Shown here: piece by piece, positions 14,344-18,048 of the stretch
Layout: each line of letters begins with the position of its first letter
Position numbering within the stretch: the first letter of the stretch is position 1
Origin: a bacterium
GTDB lineage: Bacteria > Zhuqueibacterota > Zhuqueibacteria > Oceanimicrobiales > Oceanimicrobiaceae
NCBI GenBank assembly: GCA_046758365.1
Contig: JBHIAC010000055.1
Coordinates: forward strand, 1-18,048
Direction: 5' to 3'
DNA: 18,048 nt
Notes under the pieces: generated by a model
The model's database searches: none
What the model was told of the DNA's origin: nothing
Seen by the model: only the letters and a program-made list of their open reading frames with translations
Position numbers and translations under genes: made by a program

Positions 14344-15897
14344 ATGGAATCATCAACTATCAAACAAAACTCGATTCCAAAAGAATTAATCATTCTATTC
14401 ATCTTTGTACTTATAAAGCTCCTAATTCATTTATTTACGAATGCCTTTGCCAGCTACGGCATTTTTCGGGATGAATTCTACTACTTGGCTTGCAGTCATC
14501 ACCTCGATCTCGGCTATGTGGATCAACCGCCCTTGTCCATTCTTATTCTTGTGGTTAGTCGTCTTCTATTCGGTGACTCCTTATTTGCCCTGCGTTTACT
14601 TCCCGCCATTGCCGGCGCGTTGACAGTACTCATCACTGGTTTGATGGTTCGTAAACTGGGAGGCGGCATGCTTGCCACAATAATAGCATGCTTGGCCATG
14701 ATTGCGGCACCGATTTTCTTTGCGATGAACACGGTTTATTCCATGAACAGTTTTGATATTCTTCTCTGGGCTTTGGCGGCTTATGTTCTGATTTTGATCA
14801 TCAAAGAAAACAACCCAAAACACTGGATCGCATTAGGCTTGATTGTTGGCCTGGGTCTCCTGAATAAAATAAGTATGATATGGTTTGCTGCCGGTTTATT
14901 TTTAGCCATGGTCTCTACAAACCAGCGGAAACACTTCTTAACAAGATGGCCCTATCTCGCTGGTCTCATTGCACTTGGACTGTTTTTACCTTATATCATT
15001 TGGAATGTTATGCATGAGTTCGCACATCTGGAGTTCATCCGAAATGCGACAAGATGGAAATACGCCTCCGTCACACCGGTTGATTTTATTTTAGGGCAAT
15101 TACTGATCTCAAATCCTGTTATTTTACCCCTATGGTTGGCCGGTCTTTATTACTATTTTTTCAATAAAGAGGGCAAGCCTTTCATGATGTTGGGAATTAT
15201 TTTTGTGACAACATTTTTCATTCTTGCTATCAGTGGTCATAGCAAACCGGAGTACCTATCTTCCACCTATCCGATGTTGTTTACAGCGGGGGCTGTACAA
15301 ATTGAAAAATTGTCCCAAAGAAAATACTGGGTTTGGCTGAAGTACACGATTCCTATTTTGATCGTGATTGGTGGCATCATCACAGCGCCAATCGCATTGC
15401 CATTTCTGCCCGTAAAAAAGTACATCCAGTATTCGAAGCGGATTGGCATTGCTCCAGGATCATACGAAGCCAAAAAATTGGGTGAACTTCACCAGTTTTA
15501 TGCCGATATGTTCGGCTGGGAAAATATGGCGAAAACAGTTTCAGAAGTGTATGCTTCACTTCCACAGGAAGAAAAATCTAAAACTGTCATTTTTGGGAGG
15601 AATTATGGAGAAGCAGGGGCCATTGAATATTATAGCCGGAAATATGACCTGCCGGCTGCCATATCATCACATAACAATTACTGGATCTGGGGTTACGGTG
15701 CTGAGGATTACAAAACCGTTATCTTCATTGGAGGGGTGCAGGAGGATTACTTAGATTCTTTTGAACAGGTAGAACAGGCTGCAATGATTCGGTGTGATTA
15801 CTGTATGCCTTATGAGAACAATCTTCCAGTTTATATCTGCAGAAAATTGAAGAGGCCGTTGGAAGAAATATGGGATTCGATTAAACATTTCGAATAA
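14344..15897 (+). CDS. Glycosyltransferase family 39 / ArnT-PMT_2-like integral membrane glycosyltransferase (GT-C)
   Basis: FRDEFYYLAC, LGYVDQPPL, ALRLLPA, GLGLLNK, LPYIIWN, multiple TM helices and a C-terminal soluble domain with NYGEAGAI and HNNYWIWG. Confidence 0.88.
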   Translation: MESSTIKQNSIPKELIILFIFVLIKLLIHLFTNAFASYGIFRDEFYYLACSHHLDLGYVDQPPLSILILVVSRLLFGDSLFALRLLPAIAGALTVLITGLMVRKLGGGMLATIIACLAMIAAPIFFAMNTVYSMNSFDILLWALAAYVLILIIKENNPKHWIALGLIVGLGLLNKISMIWFAAGLFLAMVSTNQRKHFLTRWPYLAGLIALGLFLPYIIWNVMHEFAHLEFIRNATRWKYASVTPVDFILGQLLISNPVILPLWLAGLYYYFFNKEGKPFMMLGIIFVTTFFILAISGHSKPEYLSSTYPMLFTAGAVQIEKLSQRKYWVWLKYTIPILIVIGGIITAPIALPFLPVKKYIQYSKRIGIAPGSYEAKKLGELHQFYADMFGWENMAKTVSEVYASLPQEEKSKTVIFGRNYGEAGAIEYYSRKYDLPAAISSHNNYWIWGYGAEDYKTVIFIGGVQEDYLDSFEQVEQAAMIRCDYCMPYENNLPVYICRKLKRPLEEIWDSIKHFE

Positions 15898-15908
15898 AAA
15901 AATTTTTA

Positions 15909-16262
15909 TTACGCAATGGTCTGGACTATTCCGTCGTTAACTTTTCTATTTAACTGTCTTTCTATTATTTTCAATTGACGCCTGATTATTCTTTTAAATT
16001 TTTGGATTTGGGGGGATGGATTTTTTATTCTTTCCAGCCTCTGTTTTTGGATTAATAAAAAATATTTTTCTAACAATAGTCTTTTATCAGGTAAATTTAT
16101 TTCTTTAAAATATTTTGACTTTTCAAGTACTTTATGAGTGCTACCATTTATTTCTTTGACGTCAACATTCGAGTATTCTTCAAATGATTGTGCGGTCATT
16201 GGCAGAAATACAAAAATTACAAATGAAATAGCCCGTAAATTCTTATCAAATCCTTTGATCAA
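15909..16262 (-). CDS. Hypothetical secreted basic protein, 117 aa
   Basis: TTG start with a strong RBS (AGGAGGT; forward ACCTCCT at 16267-16273); signal peptide-like ISFVIFVFLPMTAQS. Confidence 0.65.
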   Translation of the reverse strand: MIKGFDKNLRAISFVIFVFLPMTAQSFEEYSNVDVKEINGSTHKVLEKSKYFKEINLPDKRLLLEKYFLLIQKQRLERIKNPSPQIQKFKRIIRRQLKIIERQLNRKVNDGIVQTIA

Positions 16263-16490
16263 TTTTACCTCCTTTCATGGCAAATAGTACCATTGATATG
16301 AATAAAATTGACAAAGAATATGCCGGGGTCGTAAAATAGTTGTTTCAGAATGAAATTAAATTTTTATGGAAGAACTATTTGATTTCAATAGAGTTATAAT
16401 AAGAGCATTAAATGGCTCGATTTGAAAAGGCTGGCAAAAGACGGCTTTAATTATTTTAATAGGTAAAATTTGCCGGAATATTTGTTTGAA

Positions 16491-16522
16491 GGGTTAGGAT
16501 ATTTCTAATAATATTTTAACCC
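16491..16522. terminator. Hairpin just downstream of the glycoside hydrolase stop
   Basis: GGGTTAGGATATT-tctaat-AATATTTTAACCC; 13-bp stem with 2 non-canonical pairs, 9 nt past the stop codon. Confidence 0.4.
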
Positions 16523-16531
16523 TATTTTATC

Positions 16532-17827
16532 TTAAGGTTTAATCGATTTTTCATTTACACTACTTATTACTGCTTTGATTTCTTCCCAGTACTCATATTT
16601 TTCAATTTGACTGAGATCGTAAATATATAAACCATTCGTAAATTTTACTGCTGTTTCTAATGCCCTTTTAAATTCATCGCGCTTGGTTTTAAATTGTTCA
16701 ACCCAAACTGAAGCATAAACTGGGCAAACATTTTTTACGACTTCCATAGAAATCAAAGCCCCGCCTTCGATACTCATCCACCATTCGGCTCCGACTTCAT
16801 CGGCTTCTTTTATCGTAACTCTAGGGAAATAACAGCCTACAATTAAATAATTCAACAGATAGGCAATAGCTGTTTTGTAATAATTTCTGCTGGCCCAATC
16901 ATATTCGGGATTATAAATTTGGCTCCCCCAATTCACCCCATATTCATAATAGGTTGGATACCAAGAGCCAACAAAGCTTCCTATTGGTACAGTTGGATCT
17001 ACTTCCTTGACCATTTTGACAAGGCGATTATAAAAAGTAAATATGGATTTAGATCGAAACTCAATCCAATCTTGAAAAAATTGTCCAGGTACCACCTTCC
17101 ATTCGTCATTTTGTAATTGAAGCTCATAAATCTCATTTGGCCACCATTGAATTTTACGTCCCTGACCCAAATACGCCTCAAAGCGTTGTTTGGTAAAATC
17201 AGAGAAATCAGACTCAATTCCATTAAATCGGACTCGGTCAAAAATTAGCCCGTCAACTCTATATTTTTTGAGAAATTCTTCTACAACTGAAATTTCATAA
17301 TTCTGCACCTCTTGCAATAAAGGATTTACAAATGCAGCCGTCCCATAAGCCCAATCCGTTATGGGCATAATTGTTGGATTATTTTCATCTATGACATAAA
17401 CATGTGTTTGCCAATCGGGATGATCTTTATAAATGGGTCCCCTTCTCTGCAACATGTGTCCCTCAGAAAATAATGTGAATATTGCGTAAATTTCAAGACC
17501 TCGTTTATTTCCCTCTTCAAGAAATACATCAACAGGCTCAAAAGTTAACGGGACCCGAAAATCTTCCCAATCTAAAAGCCGAGGAGCTATTTTACTATCA
17601 TATATTACTTCACCGCTCAGAGTTTTAATCCCTAAAGCAATAGCTACGATGCCCGCATTCTGGGCCTTATTTAAAATGTCGATAATGCCATTTCTTGAGC
17701 TTATCTGTTTTATATTTAACAAGGGATCACACCACAAAACAGCAACCTTTTCACCTTTTTGTGGGTAACTAATCTTAGTGAATCCTAATAAAAAAATAAT
17801 TAAAATTTTTGCAATTTGTCTAACCAT
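16532..17827 (-). CDS. Secreted glycoside hydrolase-like 10 (GHL10/DUF187) protein with DUF4985-like C-terminal region
   Basis: HPDWQ, FVNPLLQEVQNY, VDGLIFDRVRF, SDFSD, WIEFRS, VGSWYPTYYEYGVNWGS. ATG 17827 (MVRQIAKILIIFLLG...) gives a clean signal peptide; the track's TTG 17938 is an alternative start. Confidence 0.8.
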   Translation of the reverse strand: MVRQIAKILIIFLLGFTKISYPQKGEKVAVLWCDPLLNIKQISSRNGIIDILNKAQNAGIVAIALGIKTLSGEVIYDSKIAPRLLDWEDFRVPLTFEPVDVFLEEGNKRGLEIYAIFTLFSEGHMLQRRGPIYKDHPDWQTHVYVIDENNPTIMPITDWAYGTAAFVNPLLQEVQNYEISVVEEFLKKYRVDGLIFDRVRFNGIESDFSDFTKQRFEAYLGQGRKIQWWPNEIYELQLQNDEWKVVPGQFFQDWIEFRSKSIFTFYNRLVKMVKEVDPTVPIGSFVGSWYPTYYEYGVNWGSQIYNPEYDWASRNYYKTAIAYLLNYLIVGCYFPRVTIKEADEVGAEWWMSIEGGALISMEVVKNVCPVYASVWVEQFKTKRDEFKRALETAVKFTNGLYIYDLSQIEKYEYWEEIKAVISSVNEKSIKP

Positions 17828-17943
17828 TATCTTAAAATATATTTTGCAAAAAATTAAACTTAAAAGTCCTATCAGACTAAGGATTAAACTAAAAGCTGTT
17901 TTCCGTTTTTTAAAAAGAAAATTTATACTTCTATTCAACTATT

Positions 17944-17979
17944 TAAAAGAAAAAAGCAGGTTAATAAATTGCCTGCTTT
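17944..17979 (-). terminator. Rho-independent terminator (minus strand) of a gene upstream of the glycoside hydrolase
   Basis: Minus strand AAAGCAGG-caatttattaa-CCTGCTTT followed by TTTCTTTT. Confidence 0.6.
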
Positions 17980-18048
17980 AAAACATTAATGACTTAGCCT
18001 GAATGATTCATCAAAAGAAGTAATAGACAAAATAATTTTAGGACAAAA

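Noticed and set aside
12298..17981. Short nested ORFs within the metallopeptidase, GT39 and glycoside hydrolase genes
   Set aside because: Shadow ORFs of supported CDSs.
1..18048. CRISPR array, tRNA/rRNA, transposase or integrase
   Set aside because: No regularly spaced direct repeats, structural RNA signatures or recombinase motifs were seen.

Overview
AT-rich bacterial window, probably from an anaerobe. A Calditrichota/KSB1-like host is only an inference from gene content. In order it contains: (1) an AdoMet decarboxylase-aminopropyltransferase fusion whose transferase half closely resembles animal spermine synthase but whose pyruvoyl site is intact; (2) a tightly packed + strand run of a DUF885 lipoprotein, a DUF6962-like membrane protein, a secreted gamma-glutamyltransferase and a GC-rich 1151-aa bis-MGD (acetylene hydratase-like) oxidoreductase-cysteine desulfurase fusion, which has the architecture of metallopterin-dependent ergothioneine synthase (MES) but no histidine methyltransferase nearby; (3) a decayed accessory patch (about 9.4-11.5 kb) with an intact vapBC-type pair bracketed by integron-cassette-like core sites, plus a frameshifted yafQ pseudogene and an RHH antitoxin fragment that the ORF track missed; (4) a thioesterase, an HExxH metallopeptidase-like protein, a small membrane protein, an orphan 3' fragment of benzoyl-CoA reductase bzdO, a half attC-like site and a GT39/ArnT-like glycosyltransferase; (5) two minus-strand genes, a secreted hypothetical protein and a GHL10-like glycoside hydrolase. 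All family assignments come from motif recognition and recall, not database searches.
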